Part shown: positions 25,723 through 41,085 of the stretch, piece by piece | How positions within the stretch are numbered: position 1 is the stretch's first letter | Layout: every line of letters begins with the position of its first letter | From: Moniliella sp. 'wahieum' | Taxonomy: Eukaryota | Direction of reading: 5' to 3' | Assembly (NCBI GenBank): GCA_003971905.1 | Contig: RSEE01000011.1 | Coordinates: forward strand, 682,001 to 746,000 | DNA length: 64,000 nt | The notes under the pieces: generated by a model | Told to the model about the DNA's origin: nothing | Seen by the model: the letters and a program-made list of their open reading frames with translations, nothing else | Databases searched by the model: none | Program-made: the position numbers and the translations under genes

Positions 25723-27645
25723 TTGTATCGGCCAAATTGCCAGCTGAAATACACCTCCGCAACCCTTTGTGTGTATATTACAAGGACCTGCATCGTCTTG
25801 TACTTCATCGACTTTGTTGTCCAGCATTGAAGCCATTGGCTTTACCCCACAGTTTGATTTCCTGCCAATCGCAGTAGTCTGGATGGGCCTGCGGCGGAGG
25901 TTGAGTGCAGTGTTATTGGCCACGGGGGGGTTAGGTTGACATGTTGATATCAGCCCCTGTTATTGGCACCATGGCGTATCCCTTTTTGTGGCTACTAGGA
26001 AGGACTTTTAGCCAAGGATCTTTTGCTTCAACGGTGTGAGATCAACAGCAAATTGGTGCATGGTTGCAACCAAAGGCGGAAGCGGGAATGTTAACTGTCA
26101 ACTCAGAGCCATCAGAGATGTCATGAAGAAGTGGGGGTGTGAGGATAGTAGAGAATGTACGGGGGAGTTGGGTTAATAGAGGACGGCTGAATTTCCTGGT
26201 CCTTTGTTTTGCTCACATAATGTCTTCTGCTCTTGCTTGCCCCCCCTCCCCCTTCGAATGATTTTTATTACTTCCGTCGACTTTTTGTCTTGACACTCTA
26301 GCTTCCCTCGCCTTATATCGCTCCAGACTGTGACAGCCTCCTCCGGCCACTTTGAGCACGGCATCTCCTTACCCTCTGCCTCGAGACAACGACGTGGACG
26401 CGCAGTGCCAGGCGCTTTTCCCAGCACACAGGACGAAGAGAGCCGGCGGAGGTCACTCTTCTCCCCCGCCCCGTCCACTTTTATATATACGCAAAAGTTC
26501 ACCGTCGTGGGATTGGTAGCCACACCGTGCCTGCGTCGGCCTTTTCCTCCCGCCTCATCTAGTGTCCACTTCGGTGTTTGCTTCAGTTTTCTTTAAGTCT
26601 TCTCCCCTAGCGGGCGTGTAGCCTCCATGGTCCCCACTGCCGAAGCATACGGTGCCTACGCAGACTCTTATTCCAGCTTCTTGCCTGTCCCTTTCCTAGT
26701 GGGTCTGCTCTTGTGGCTCCAGAAACGAGGGAGGTCAAGGCGCCCGTCACGTCCCGTCCTAAACCTCTAGCCTTGACCAAACCACCCTCTCAACCGCGAC
26801 CTTCCCCCCCGACCAAACCACCACCGGCACAGGCGTCCACATCCCGTCCCAAGGTTCATCCTCTTAAAACATGCCATTGCACTAGCATGATCGATCGCCT
26901 GCCGAGAGACACAAACTGAATGTGCAGCCTGCAATTAGTACACGGTTTGCATCCCCCCCCCCCCTCCGCGCGCGCATCTCTTGTATCTCTTTTCTTTTTT
27001 TTCACACGAACTGACTGCTACGGATGGACCACGGGCCGTGCGTACGAGTACACGGGCTCAGATGCGGGGCGGATGTACCCAGGTCCGCGCTGCGTCTGCT
27101 ACGAGGTGGTTCGAGGTCAGTAGTGGAGCAGTTAGGCTAACTGGGTGGGTGGGAAGACTACCGGGCTGCGGGAACGCGGTATAGTAAGCTCGCTGTGGTC
27201 TGCCTGTACAGTGGCCCTCTCCCCCCCCCTGCATGGCAGTAGATCAGGGGCGCATGCATGGCTATCTCCCGTGGGCTTCGGACGATGGAAGGGTTCGTTT
27301 AGGCCTCAGAGCAGGTGGAAGGACAGAGGGGGAAGTGATAAGTATACCCAGTCTCAACGTTCAGCCTGAACTGTTGCGCCCAGAAGCGCCGCTCGACTGG
27401 GTGGAAGCCGCGGGCGGATTAGATAACGTTCCATGCACCCCCCCCTCTGCAATGCACATTTCAAATTGCAACGCCCAGCAGCCACGTTTCAAGGTTCAAC
27501 GTTCAAGGTGCAATATTCAATTTCCAAAGTGGCCACAGCAGGCCACAGGCGCGCACGCCAGCAGCCGCTGCTCCACACTGCTGGGCCCGTCTTGCGTCTT
27601 GCCTACCACCCCTCCCGCTGCCCCTCCCCATCCTGCCACTTCATC

Positions 27646-28845
27646 ATGGGCCAACAAGGATCTCAACTGCTCGACGAGATGGAGCACACGACCAACTGTA
27701 TGTCTCCTCCTTATTCCGCTCCTCCCCTGCCCTCGTGGATAGGCGTGGTTGTGCTCTTTGTTCTGTTCTGTTCTGTTCTGTTCTGTTCTGTCTTGTCTTG
27801 TCTTGTCTTGTCTTGTCTTGTCTTGTCTTGTCCTGTTCCGACCCCTGACCTCTTGTCTGGCCTCCCGTGCCCCCCTCTCTAGTCTCCGGCCCGGAGATCC
27901 GCCGGCTGAAGAAACGCTTTATGAAGCTGGACACGAACGGTTCAGGATCCATTGAGAAGGAGGAGTTTCTCCAGATCCCTACTGTGGCCAACAACCCGCT
28001 CGCTCTCCGCCTCATTTCCATCTTTGACGAAAAGTTGGTCATCCCCCCTTGCTCTACCCCCAGCTCTGCTGCCTCCTCCTAGTCTCCTCTTGCATGGGTG
28101 GGAGCTGACTGCTGACTGTTGTTATTGTCTTTTTTCTCCTTCTTCTAGCGGCACGGGTACGGTCGATTTTAAGGAATTCGTCAAGGGTCTCAGCGCATTC
28201 AGCAACAATGGCAGCTCGGACGAGAAGCTGAAGTGTACGTCGAGTTCGGATGTGGATGTGGATGTGGATGTGGATGGGTTTTGGTGGTTTTGGTGGTGGT
28301 TGTGCGTGCGTGCGATGCATGGTGTTGCCGTTTCGCGTTCCGCATACGACCGGGGACCGATGAACTAACGATGAATCTGAATCTCCCACGCGTGTGCTGC
28401 TTGCACTTTGCCACGGCGTTCCAGTTGCCTTCAAGGTATACGACATGGACCGAGATGGCTACATCTCCAATGGCGAGCTCTTTCTCGTTCTCAAGATGAT
28501 GGTCGGTAACAACCTCAAGGACCAGCAATTGCAACAGATCACCGATAAGACCATCATGGAGGCCGACAAGGATGGCGATGGTAAAATTGACTTTGAAGAG
28601 TTCAAGGCCATGGTGGCCAACACGGATGTACGTCCCCCCCCCCTCCTCTTCTCCTTTGGTTTCTCCCTTCCCCCCTTGTCTGGGTGCTCTGGGTGCTCTG
28701 AGGGTTCTGAGGGCTGCAAGGGCAAAGCGAGCTACCCTGTGTGACATGTGAGGCCAGGTGGACTGACAGTGTGGCCGGGCGCTGGTGCTTGGTTGTTCGT
28801 TTTGTACAGATCGCCAAGCAACTAACGTTGGAGGACCTATTTTGA
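27646..28845 (+). CDS. CNB1: Calcineurin regulatory subunit B, 5 exons (27646-27697, 27883-28033, 28149-28234, 28425-28627, 28810-28845)
   Basis: Spliced product '[12 protein letters not shown]...[13 protein letters not shown]...[12 protein letters not shown]...[39 protein letters not shown]...[11 protein letters not shown]' has four EF hands. All introns are GT-AG and splice in frame. Confidence 0.96.
27759..27831 (+). repeat. Compound microsatellite (TGTTC)n(TGTCT)n in CNB1 intron 1
   Basis: Directly visible pentanucleotide tandem repeats. Confidence 0.9.
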
Positions 28846-29558
28846 TCCATTCGATTCGGCCCCGCCTCAGGCCTCAGGGGACGCCGTGGCGTATCCCTTG
28901 CCTATTGCCTATTGCCTATCGCCTACCCACGCACCAATGCGTGTGGGTGCATGTGCGCCTGGCGCCTGGGTTGGGCTTGGACTAGGGGCGTCGAGAGCGC
29001 GCCGGTTCGTTGCCTGGCGCTAGGCTTAGGCTAGTTAGGCCTTAGGCCCCTTGGGCAGCATTGTACTACTTACCATCCCGCGTCCCTGGTGTGCTGTCAG
29101 TGCCAGGCCTCAGGTTCAGGTAGGGAGGAGGCGCTGTGGGTTGGGGTGGCTAGGTGCACCGGGTTATTCTGCAGCCCTAGCGGGACAGGCAGCAGTCAAG
29201 CTAGTCACTAGCTACTGGGTGGTGGGTCGGGTGCGGCGGAATGAGTAATGAACTCGGCTGCTGGTGCGGGCATGCGCCGGGGGCGGAACGGGTGGGCCGC
29301 GATCGTCCCATCCCCCGCACCAGCGCACAGCCCCGCGCTCCTCCCGCAGCCACGCACCGCGCCACTCGACGTGGCACCACCCGGCCCCCCCGGCGGAACC
29401 AGGGCGGAAGACGCCGCACGCCAGGGAGACTGGCGTCGTGCGGGCGGTCCCAGCGCGCGGGGGGGGGGGGCAGATACACTGCCCGTGTGCGGGTGCAGCG
29501 TGGTCGTTTTTTTTTTTTTTTTTTCGGTGGCAGCAGAGGTGGCGATGCGCCGCCAAGG

Positions 29559-29566
29559 TATATAAA
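29559..29566 (+). promoter_or_regulatory. TATA box of TEF1
   Basis: TATATAAA about 70 bp upstream of the ATG, after a poly-T tract. Confidence 0.6.
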
Positions 29567-29632
29567 CCTTCTGCTTGGCGCCGCGGGGCAGGGCTTTGCT
29601 TTCTCCCCACCAGGTTCACTCCATCGTTCACC

Positions 29633-31090
<1,458 letters not shown>

Positions 31091-31542
31091 GCGATTGGTC
31101 CCGCTAGGCTTTCAGGCTTTCTTGAGCTCCTCCCCCCCCCTGCGTTGCGTTGCCCACTAGTTAAACTACGTGGTTTCGTTGTGCGTTGTGGTGGGCAGAG
31201 GTGCTCGAAATAAAAATTGAACCACACCACATCTTTCCCCTCTTCTCGCCCGAGAGCAAGCCTCGGAGTGTGCTTGTACCCCCTCTCCCCCTCTCCCTCT
31301 GGTCCCTTGGGTCTGTTGGCCCGGGCCGTTTATTGCATCTTTCATGCTGCATTTACCATTCACCTGTCTGATCTGAGATCTGACTTGATGTAGTCGTGTC
31401 TCCTGGGTACAGAGTAGGTTAAGCTACGCGCGTTTCATCAGCTGCCAACGATGTCCATATGTCCATGCCAAATCGCCCGTTGGTAGCTACATGTACGATC
31501 CAAGACGCATAGGTGTAAGTAGGAGTGCAGATGCCCAACGCT

Positions 31543-33348
31543 TTATCGGTTGGTACTACGAAGCTCGTGGCGATGGTTTGTCGGTGCCTGGGAAGTCGGG
31601 GGGACTTGGGACGCCGATACGGGCTGGGACGAAGTGGGGGTTGGGGTAGGTGTGGTAGAAGGAGGTGCTTGCGCTTGCAAATTGCGAAACCGAATCGCGT
31701 TGCGATGCGATTCAGCTACCACCAACGCTTCTTCCACCCATGATCCACGGAACGTTTCTGCCCGCCGCACTTCTTCGCTCCCCACGGCTGTCACTGTGCC
31801 CTTGCCCCCCAACAAGGGTTGGCCCGCAGCTGTCGCCAACTCTTTCGCATGCTCCGAAATCCACGAATGGATGTGCTGCCTTGGTTGGCGCGCAAAGCTG
31901 GTGAAAAAGTCTCGTACTGCCGCGTGGTTGCGTACCGCCGTCGCTGCTTCGGCAATCTGCCCATTCAATCCATGTTCAACGTTTAACGGTCAGGACCGAA
32001 CACCAACACGTACGCAACCAGGTCGAAAGAAAGCAGAAAACACAGCAGATCAATCAATCATAGCAATGGTTAGCCAGTTTCAAGATGGTCTTCGCTGTAC
32101 CGCGCACCCATGCACCAAAGAGCCAAATACGTACCCGTTCCTCCAGATCCGCCACCTCGCTCGGCACACTGGCTTGGGCATCGAATCGGGTCAAGATCTC
32201 GTGGCCACGCAGTTTGTGACCAAAGTCGTCCAGGTCCACATCAATGTCGTACGCATACTCAGACTTGTGCTCGGCTTGGTCGGTGCGGATCCAGTACTCG
32301 ATCCGGACCGGTTCTGCCGGCAAGAGGAACCGGTTGATCATCTCGGGCAAATGATGGTAGTGGACCGTAGGCGTTTGAAACAGTTCTTGCAGAGCCGGAT
32401 TGCATAGGATCCGTTGTCGGTCGTTCGGATCAAGTAGGTCCTTGGTCCGCACGTACGTCCACAGCGCCGCCACTACCTCGCCCCGCGTGCCCGTGCTCAG
32501 GTCTAGCAACGTACACAGCGGCGCAGATACACGGAACTGTTCCGGATTGCACGCAGGGTACAACAAGATGGTCGCCTTGACGGTCCGATGACCTAGGCGC
32601 TTAATCTCCAGCCCATCCAGCGGTCCAGGGGTGGACGTCAATTGGCCCGGCTCCAACCCGCTCGTCGCACCCGCTTGCGCAGAAGGCCCTCCATGCGCAC
32701 CGGTATTCTGCCCGAGCGGAACAGGGATCGGCGTAGGCTGCTCCCACTCGGCAAGAGGTACATCCACAGCCGGCTTGCCGCCTTCGTACTCAAACCACAA
32801 GCACTCGACGAATCAAATTGGAGAACTTGTAGGCGCCAATGCGCGCGGCCGTCCCGCGTGCACCTTCGGCTTGGTTCGACCGCGAACGTACAGTCGGATC
32901 CAGCAGACGACCTTCGATGCGTAAGGTCCAGCTGGCGGGGGGGGACGTGTGCGTGTGCGTATTCGTGTGCGTGGCGGGCAGGTCGGGGCGGGGCGAGGAC
33001 GCGGACGCGGACGCGGACGACGACGGCACTTGGTGCGCACACGTGTGGGAGAGAAACACACGTACTTTACGACGCGACTTGGGCGCCGGCTGGAGCGCCT
33101 GTAGCAACTGCGCACGCCGTTGCGCAACAGCCCAGTCCAGCTGCCGTTCCATCTGGCGCAGGTGGGTGTAGAGCGCTCTCGGGTACCGAGGCGCGCAGGT
33201 GCGGCGCCGCTGCGCGGTCAGTAGGTCGGCCTCGCTTGGTGAGCCGCACGCCTGTGGCTAGCAGCTCGTCGAGCGCCACGCGCTTGCGCATGCTGCGCTC
33301 CCACCCGCGCTCGGCCTCGGGCTCACACGTCTGCTGCTCAGGCGACGT

Positions 33349-33388
<40 letters not shown>

Positions 33389-33390
33389 AT
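31543..33390 (-). CDS. SNF12: SWI/SNF-RSC subunit BAF60/Swp73 with SWIB domain
   Basis: 'MERQLDW', 'WTLRIEGRLLD', 'KFSNLIRRVLV', 'DGLEIKR', and SWIB 'PEQFRVSAPL...VVAALWTYVRTKDLLD'. C-terminal 'RDFFTSFARQP'. Confidence 0.88.
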
Positions 33391-33833
33391 GGCCACGGCG
33401 TCCTTGGGTGCTTCGCACTTAGCCGTCCTGGGCCAGCCGGCTGCGGTTCGCTTAGCTCCAACCGGCCCCGTCTGGCTCTTCACGTCGACACGCCCGCAGC
33501 ACGGCGGAATGCACATTCCCCGCGCCCGCATTCCGCCCCGCTTGCTGCCCCCGGAAATTTGCCATGGGTACTCAACTGAGTGTGCTGAGTCCTGAGTGGT
33601 GGACATTGAACGTTTACAAAGTGGGGCTGCTCGCTGCGCCTTCGACTGCCACTGGGCCTGGGCCTGTGCCCTGCCGCCCCCACCGCCCGGTTCTCCAGAG
33701 CACGAAACACGGCGCGTCTATATTCATTCCTCCGTCCTCCATCCTCGCGTCCCGCGCTGGACAGTCGACTTCATGCGTACACAAATTCACATTGTTCCCT
33801 CCTTGCACCATCTCCCCTTCGCTCCCTCACATC

Positions 33834-36049
33834 ATGGTCGACGGGGAGCGTGACCCGCTGCTCGCCATCCACCCTCAGGCCTGAGGCCTGACGGCCACGC
33901 TCCCGTCCCGTCCCTCTGGGCGCGGGTCAAGCGCTGCACAGCCACCACCTTGGCCCCACTAGCTTACCCCGCATCATGCATCAGCTCCGGCCGCTCGAAA
34001 AGGTCCTGCTCATCTCATCCTCGCTCTCGCCTTCTTTCTCTTCCTCTTGTCCTCCGTATTTATGGCTCTCTTTGTTGGCGTGTCCAACCGCCTCTTCCAC
34101 CTCCCGTCTCTGCCCGGGCCACCTTCCCCTTCGCCCACCCGCCAGACGACCCTGACCCGTGGCAGCCGCACCCGCCGCCTCCTGTCGAGCACGTGTGCAC
34201 CACCCGGCTGCTTGCGTTCTGGCTGTGAGCGACTTGCTCCACCGGCATGGACCAGCCATCCCGGACGATGCTGGTCTGGTTGGCGCGGGAAGTGGGTCGC
34301 GGCGCACAATGCCCGAGGTGGTACGTAAGATACTTGCAAGACGCCCCGACTTCCGTCCCGTCTAAACTTACCTGGGACGATCTGGGACGATCAGGCGTTC
34401 GTCAAGCTCCGCACCTACTAGTACGACGCGTGCATGGACACGTCTATTCAGGATATTAAGGCCGACGCTCTGCTTCTGGACCTAGTGGCTAATGTCACTC
34501 CGGCTTTGCTAAGGGCGAGGGCAAGGGAAGGGGAAGGGGAAGGGGAAGGGAAAGGGCAAGGGCAAGGGTACGGGCAAGGGAATGGAAAGGGCACGGGGAA
34601 TGCCAAGGGCAAGAAGGACATGGAACCGCGTTCGTCGGTGGATCAGCTTGCTATGGTTGATGCGGCCGCGGGCTAGCCCCAATCATCCCGCTTTGGGCGA
34701 TCCGGGGGTTCTCCCGCCTGCTCCGGGCGGACCGCAGTCGCGTCAAGCCCGTCTGACTCGGACTTTGGCGTGGCTCCATTCGCGTGGCGTGCCCGCGCTG
34801 TTTGAATAGACGGTGGATGGGGACTCGGGGTACAACCCGCAGCTGGGCACTCTGACCTTGACTGCTTCGGGGTTTGGCTTGCCTGACGTGAGTTACTACG
34901 AGCACGAGGAAGACCGCGTGTTTTACCTCGATGTGGTCCGCGACACGTTCCAGGTGTTGGCGTACGATGGACCGAACAAGGTGGCTGAATCGGTGGTGGG
35001 GTTCGAACAGGATTTGACTGCCTTGTCGGACGAGAAGGGCGAAGTGGACCCTTGCGCTCTACAACCCCGTCAACCTATCCACCTTCTTGGTCGCGCTCAA
35101 ATCCATCGAATGGACTGGGTACTTTAGTACGCTCACAACCCGCCTCCTCGGGTCGTCATATCCTTACCTATTCCAAGTGGCCTCACAAGCTGGACGACTT
35201 GTTGTCGCGCACGTCAGACGAGGTGGTGAAGTCATATTTGATGGGTACCCGGACAAGTATTCCGACACGGACGATGCCCAGGCACTGGTTGGGTTTTATG
35301 CCGACCTGCTCGTTTTGCCCGACGACTTTTTCGGCAACGCGCTGCGTTCGGCCATGCGCTTGCAGTTGCGCCAGTGGCTGTACAATGATTAATGACCGTG
35401 CGCTCAACCCCAACCGGTGGGACATGTTCCCAGCCGAGGTCAATGCGTACTACAATCCGACCGGCAACGAAATCGTGTTCCCGGCAGGCCTGTTGCAGCC
35501 ACCGTACTTTGATGCCAGCTGGCCCGATTACATGAACTACGGTGCGTTTGGCCAGACTGCCGGACACGAACTGTCACTGTCCCATGCGTTTGACCCGCAG
35601 GGACACCTGTACGACAAGTATGACTACTTGCGCGACTGGTGGACCAACACCATCACCGCCGAGTTTACCTGGCGGGAAGCGTGCATCCTCTCCCAGTACA
35701 GTAACTATATACCGTCGACGATGGCAAGGGCCAATGGTTGTCGTTGCATGCCGCCGCGTCAATTGGGGACGACGTGGCGGAAGGAGGCGGGTTGGAACAG
35801 GCGTTCCGTGCGTGGAACGCGTCGTTTAGTCCCAACACACCGGCATCGCGCGCGTCCAACGTCCGCCTCCCGGGCCACGGCACGTTTACCCGCCAACAAA
35901 CTCTTCTTCATCTCGTTTGGCCGTGCGTGGGGGCGCGCAACATTCGCTCGATGGAACAGATCAAGCGCCTCCGCACCGACGAACATTCGCCCACCATGTA
36001 CCGCGTCGTGGGTGCACCCCGAGGAGCGGTGTGCGGTCTGGTAGCGTGA
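33834..36049 (+). pseudogene. Decayed M13 (neprilysin/ECE-like) zinc metallopeptidase
   Basis: 'VNAYYNPTGNEIVFPAGLLQPPYF...NYGAFG...GHELSLSHAFD', 'VCTT', 'GLPDVSYY', 'KLFFISFG', 'TDEHSP..YRV'. There is an in-frame TAG at 34807, a disrupted HExxH and an altered third zinc ligand. Confidence 0.8.
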
Positions 36050-36309
36050 ATGGATGGATGGATGGACAGTAGGGGAACAGAGGAGGTAGCAGCAACCCTA
36101 GCAGACGCGCAGGCAGGAGTGCAACCTAGTGCGGGGCGCGTGGCGAAAAGGCCATGGGTGGCCCGAGGCAGAGGCCGCGAGGGAAGCAGCAGAACCCGCC
36201 GCCAGCAGCACCCACCTCCGCCGAGCATCGCACCCCCCGCCCGCATTCACCCCACCCTGCCCGCCGTGCTGCCCACCGCCCGCGCGCCCTGGCCCTCTGG
36301 CTCCCTGCC

Positions 36310-39300
36310 ATGCCCCCCGCCACGGACTGCGCCCCGCCGCCCCCCGCGCGCGGCCGTGCGCGAGACCCACACCCTCGCCCTCCACACCCACCCCTCCGGC
36401 CGCCGCATGGTCAACCAGTACCTCGTCCTCTCCGCTCGCCGCGGCGTGCACGGACGCGTCCAGGGCCACCGACACCTCCACCGACCAGCCCGTGGCCATC
36501 AAGATCGTTGACCGCGCCACGCGTCCGCGCTTACGCTCCGCCCTCGCCCCTCCCCCCGCACCCCACGCCCCTCCCATTCCACGCTGCGCCGCAACCGACG
36601 ACAAGGTCCTCCGTGAGATTGCCATCCTCAAGCAATGCGCCAGCGACCACATTGTCCGTCTGCTCGAGGTCATTGATGACCCCTCAGTAAAAAGATCTTC
36701 CTCGGTACGCCTCCTCCCGGCTGCTCCTTCTTCTTGTCCTGCCTCCCCCTCTCACCCGCCTGCGCGCGCGCCCTCTGCGCTGCGCGTCGGTCTGCCCGTT
36801 AAGAATCGCTGGCTGACCTTTCCTGCCGCCGCCCAAAGTGCTCGAGTACATGTCCGGAGGCGAGGTGCAGTGGAGAGACACGCACGCTCGCCCGCTCCTC
36901 TCGGTCGACACGGTCCGCAACATTACTCGCGACGTGGTGTGTGGCCTGCAGTACCTCCACTACAATGGTATTATCCACCGCGACATTAAGCCCAATCTGC
37001 TTTGGAACCAAACCCATACCCACGTCAAGATCTCCGACTTTGGCGTCAGCCACTTTAGCTTGCCGCTCTTTCGCCGCGGGCGCGGCCAGGCACTCGAGTA
37101 CCTCGAAGGCGAAGAGGCTCCTCTCGATGCCCAGTCTCGCCCCCTCTCGCCAACTGGTCGCGCCGAGGTAGAGACCGACGCCGAACTCGAAGCGCGCGAC
37201 CAAACCGAGTTGGCTCACACCACTGGTAGCCCAGCGTTTTTTGCGCCGGAACTGTGCTTGTCGGGCGAACAACCACTGACGACGGCACAATGCCAACAGC
37301 TGGGCACGCCCCCGCCCGAAGGACAGCCTCCACCCCCCGTCCCACCCACCCATGGCGGTCGGGTTATCACTCAGGCAATTGATATCTGGGCCTTTGGCGT
37401 GACGATCTACTGTCTCTTGTTTGGCTCGTTGCCGTTCAATGCGCCCAGCGAGTTTGCTCTGTTTTCGGTAATCCCTTGGTCGGACTATGCCTTGCCGCGC
37501 ACGATGGGCTCGGACCAGGTCCTGGTCGGTCCGCGACCCCGATGGGACACGGGTCGGTTGCAGGCAACAGTGCACGACCAGGAGATGAGTTCCTCCATCA
37601 GCCGATTCTTTCAAGCTGACGGCGCTCGGTCCATGATCCTCCCTTCAGCTTCGTCTACATTCCCTTTGGATTCGCACCTGGCCGAGCCCGATGTAGCGCT
37701 GGACCAACTGGACCCGGACGCGACTGCGCTCCGTGCGCGTTGGATGGCACTCTGGAGAAAGATCCGGGGTCTCGCTCCGCCTTGGAGACGGTCAAGGCCA
37801 GCCCTTGGACTACGAAGGGCCTGTCCAACCCACAAGCCTGGCTTGATGCTACCGATCCCGAACTGGGGCCATACGTGCCTGTGTACTACACTGATGTACC
37901 TGATGCCACAGTGGCCAATCAGATCAAAAAGCCTCGCTCGGGTGGACTGATGGGCTTTAGCTTTGCCAAGCATCACACCGCTTTCGCTCATCCTTCTTCC
38001 GAGAATGCCCACGCCCCAGCACCCCTAGCAATGGGAACACGACGACGATCCGAGTCCCATACGGGGGGGAGCAACTTAGGCAACCGTGTACGCAACCAAG
38101 TGAGTCGCGTCCGAGCTCGGATCCATCGACGCGAATCCTTCTCAACCCCTTCCAATCATCCTTCTTCCACCTCCCGCCCCACCCCACGGTCTACCCCGCC
38201 ACCAATCATCTCTCCAAACGGTCGGTGCCAACAGTGAGATGCGCCCCCCGCCCAGGAGAGACGATTGGTTTGCTTCGCTCCCGCTTACCACTCCTGCTTC
38301 GGAAGGCACGGGGACCCACGCGCGCCCTCTATTGCCCAGATCTTTTCCCACCCACGACCCATGTCGGCTCTCAGTGCTCCCCTCGACAGTGGCCATGGGG
38401 ATCAGAGGATACGGGGGCGCGACTCGCAACCCCTCTCCGATACCAACCCAGCCGGTTCGGAAACAAGTACGCGCCAGCACCTCTTCGGCCGTCATCGGCC
38501 ATGGCGCTGGACCGCCACCCTTCCATCCCTATCCCTGATCGTGACCTAGGCCCAGTCTCAGTCCCCGCCGTCCGTCCCAGTACAACGACGTGCAACGGTC
38601 CAACCTCATTTTCCCTCCCCTGCCGTGCCCGACTTGCTGGCCGACCCCCCTTCTACAAACCTTGCCACGCCCAGTACTGCCAGCGCAGCCGATACGCTCG
38701 CTACTACCGTCCTTACCACACCCCGAACAGCGAAGGAGCGGCACCGCCTTTGCCCCCGAATACCAAACAGCGTCACTTCCCTTCGCTCCTTCCTAGTCGG
38801 CTTAGACTGCGACGCCAAAAAGTACTACCTCGCTTCGTTCGCGCATGTCCGCCGGCCATGCAGGCAGCGCTATTGACATCCCCCCGTTCCGCCTTCGAGC
38901 TACGGCCGGTCGAACAGTAGTGTAGCGTCCACGTCGCATGGCGATGGTCCCCCCCTTTCCACCGCTCGTCCCGAAAAAGTGTAGCGACTGGCCATGGCTC
39001 CCACCCGAGCGCCGGCAGTATTGCAAGTTCTTCCGCCGGATTGCCTTCGATCCATGATATGCCCCGCTACCCCCGCATTCAGGACAATGCGGACGAAACG
39101 GGTGCGGGTGTCCTGGATGGTACGACGGGCGGAAGGTGCGAGTCTTCCCCCGCACCCTCGTTGACTGCCGCCGCCCAGATCCTCTCCCGTTCCTATACGC
39201 CCACCCTCGCCCGCACCACAAGTGGGACTACACCTCAGGGACAGGGGGAACCGGACCGTGCTGGTTCGCCTACTACGTCAGTACGTTCACGCTTGCAGCG

Positions 39301-40755
39301 CTTCTCCTTCCATCGACGACCACGCTCCCGCGCCAATACTGCCACCTCCCTTCGCCCCCCCCCGACTACTTCCTCCGTGTCCCACAACCCACCGTACCCG
39401 ACGTACTAGGTCAGGGGGCACCGCCGATCGAGCTGGCCCGGTCAGTAGCTAGTTCCAATACGTGCCCACAACCAGTAGCCAGCACAGCGCGCAAATGATT
39501 CCCACCTCTAGTGGCGCATCTTATCGCCGACCCATCTCGAGCGGCGCTTCGCACCGCGGTGCAGGTCTGCGCACCTCTGTTTCGGGCCAACAGTTGTTCT
39601 TGTCTTCTACTCCGGGCGGAGAGTACGGAAGTGAGGGCGAGGTGAGGGAGGGAGAGGAGAGGATGAGGAGATGGATTTGTCGGATGACGAGTTGGATGCC
39701 GATTTGCATGCGGCGGCGCATACTGGGTTTTGGCACAACGATGGAAGTGGATGGAAATTTGTCGGTCCCGAAGGAGGAAAGAGTACTGGGCTGCCCCCGC
39801 CGCTGGCTGCGAGCCAAGCTGACCCCTTGCCCATCTCGCTCCGTTCGACCCGGGATTGCAAGCGGGAATTGACGGCACAGCCTTGGCACAAGAAGAGCTT
39901 GTTCATCGCCCACACCCACACCAACACCAACACCAAGATGATGACGACTTGATCCCGTCCAGCTCTAGCCCGTCCAACTCAGTCGAGGGCGGGTACAACT
40001 TGTACAAGCATGTGGACTGGAACCATGTGCGCTCCCGTACCCCACCTAGTGCTGCTGCAGCTATCGCCACCGCTTTGGCAGGGGGACAGGTAGGCCCCCA
40101 GGGACATTTGGCCCCCGTATTTCCCCCCCAGTCGTACGTTTCCCCTTCGCGCCCACGGAGGCCTGGGAGCCAGCTCACCGTCGCTTCGGACCGGCGGCAC
40201 AGTGCCACGGCTCTGGAGGCACATCAAGTGCCCTTGCCAGAACCACAGGACGACTCTTTTGGTATTGGTACGACTTCTGGACTTTCCAACGAGCTTCCCT
40301 GGACGATGGCCGATTTTCAGATGCGGACGAGGAAACAGGTTCGCCTTGGCCTGCTCTTTCTGACGAATTCCCTTTACCACCCACTTCGCCTGCCGTTTCC
40401 ACCCCTATCTTTTCCCCTCCCGCTCCGTCCGCAGGCTCCACCGGCCCCCGCTCCACACGCCCATTCGACCCTCGCTCAATCCACATACCCTGCCTACCCA
40501 CACCCACACCCGGACCAGGAACCTAGTTTGTCCCCGGCCTATGTCAGCGCGTTTGTCCAAGCGCGCAAAGACTCGTTGCCCTACCACCCCTCCCCGCCCC
40601 GATCTGCATCGGCGTCTGCATCGGCGTCGGCGTCCGAGGAGGACACAACGGTTCACCTCAGCGCATTGGCATCGACACAGTCATGGCTCGCGTCTCCAGC
40701 ACCCGGAAATGCTCATGACCGACTCAGCTGCTTCGTCGATCTACGGGCGGTTTGA
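36310..40755 (+). CDS. CAMKK-family Ser/Thr kinase (SAK1/ELM1/Ssp1-like Snf1-activating kinase) with long disordered C-terminus
   Basis: 'RRMVNQY', 'VAIKIVDR', 'VLREIAILK', 'LLEVIDDP', 'LEYMSGGEV', 'HRDIKP', 'ISDFGVS', 'GSPAFFAPE', 'DIWAFGVTIYCLLFG'. Confidence 0.88.
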
Positions 40756-41085
40756 TTCGGCCGATCCGCCCCCGCGCGCTTCTACCCCCCGCGGGTAGCT
40801 CTTCCCTCGTTCTCCCTTGTTCTCTCTTGTTCTCCCTCGTTTCCTCTCGTTCTCCTCGTTCTCCTCGTCCCTCGTTCTCCCTCGTTCTCCCTCGTTCCTC
40901 GTTCTACCTCGTTCTACTCCTCCTTCGCTCCGGCGGCTCCCCTATTTTGCTCGCGGGGGTGTGAACTAGTTTCTTTTTCCTATATCTGCCCGCGCTTACT
41001 CCGTTGGCCTTTGACATGAGACATGGATGACATTTGCTGCATTGGTCGCGGTACCTTCGGTAGAGAACTGAAACGCTACTTAACG

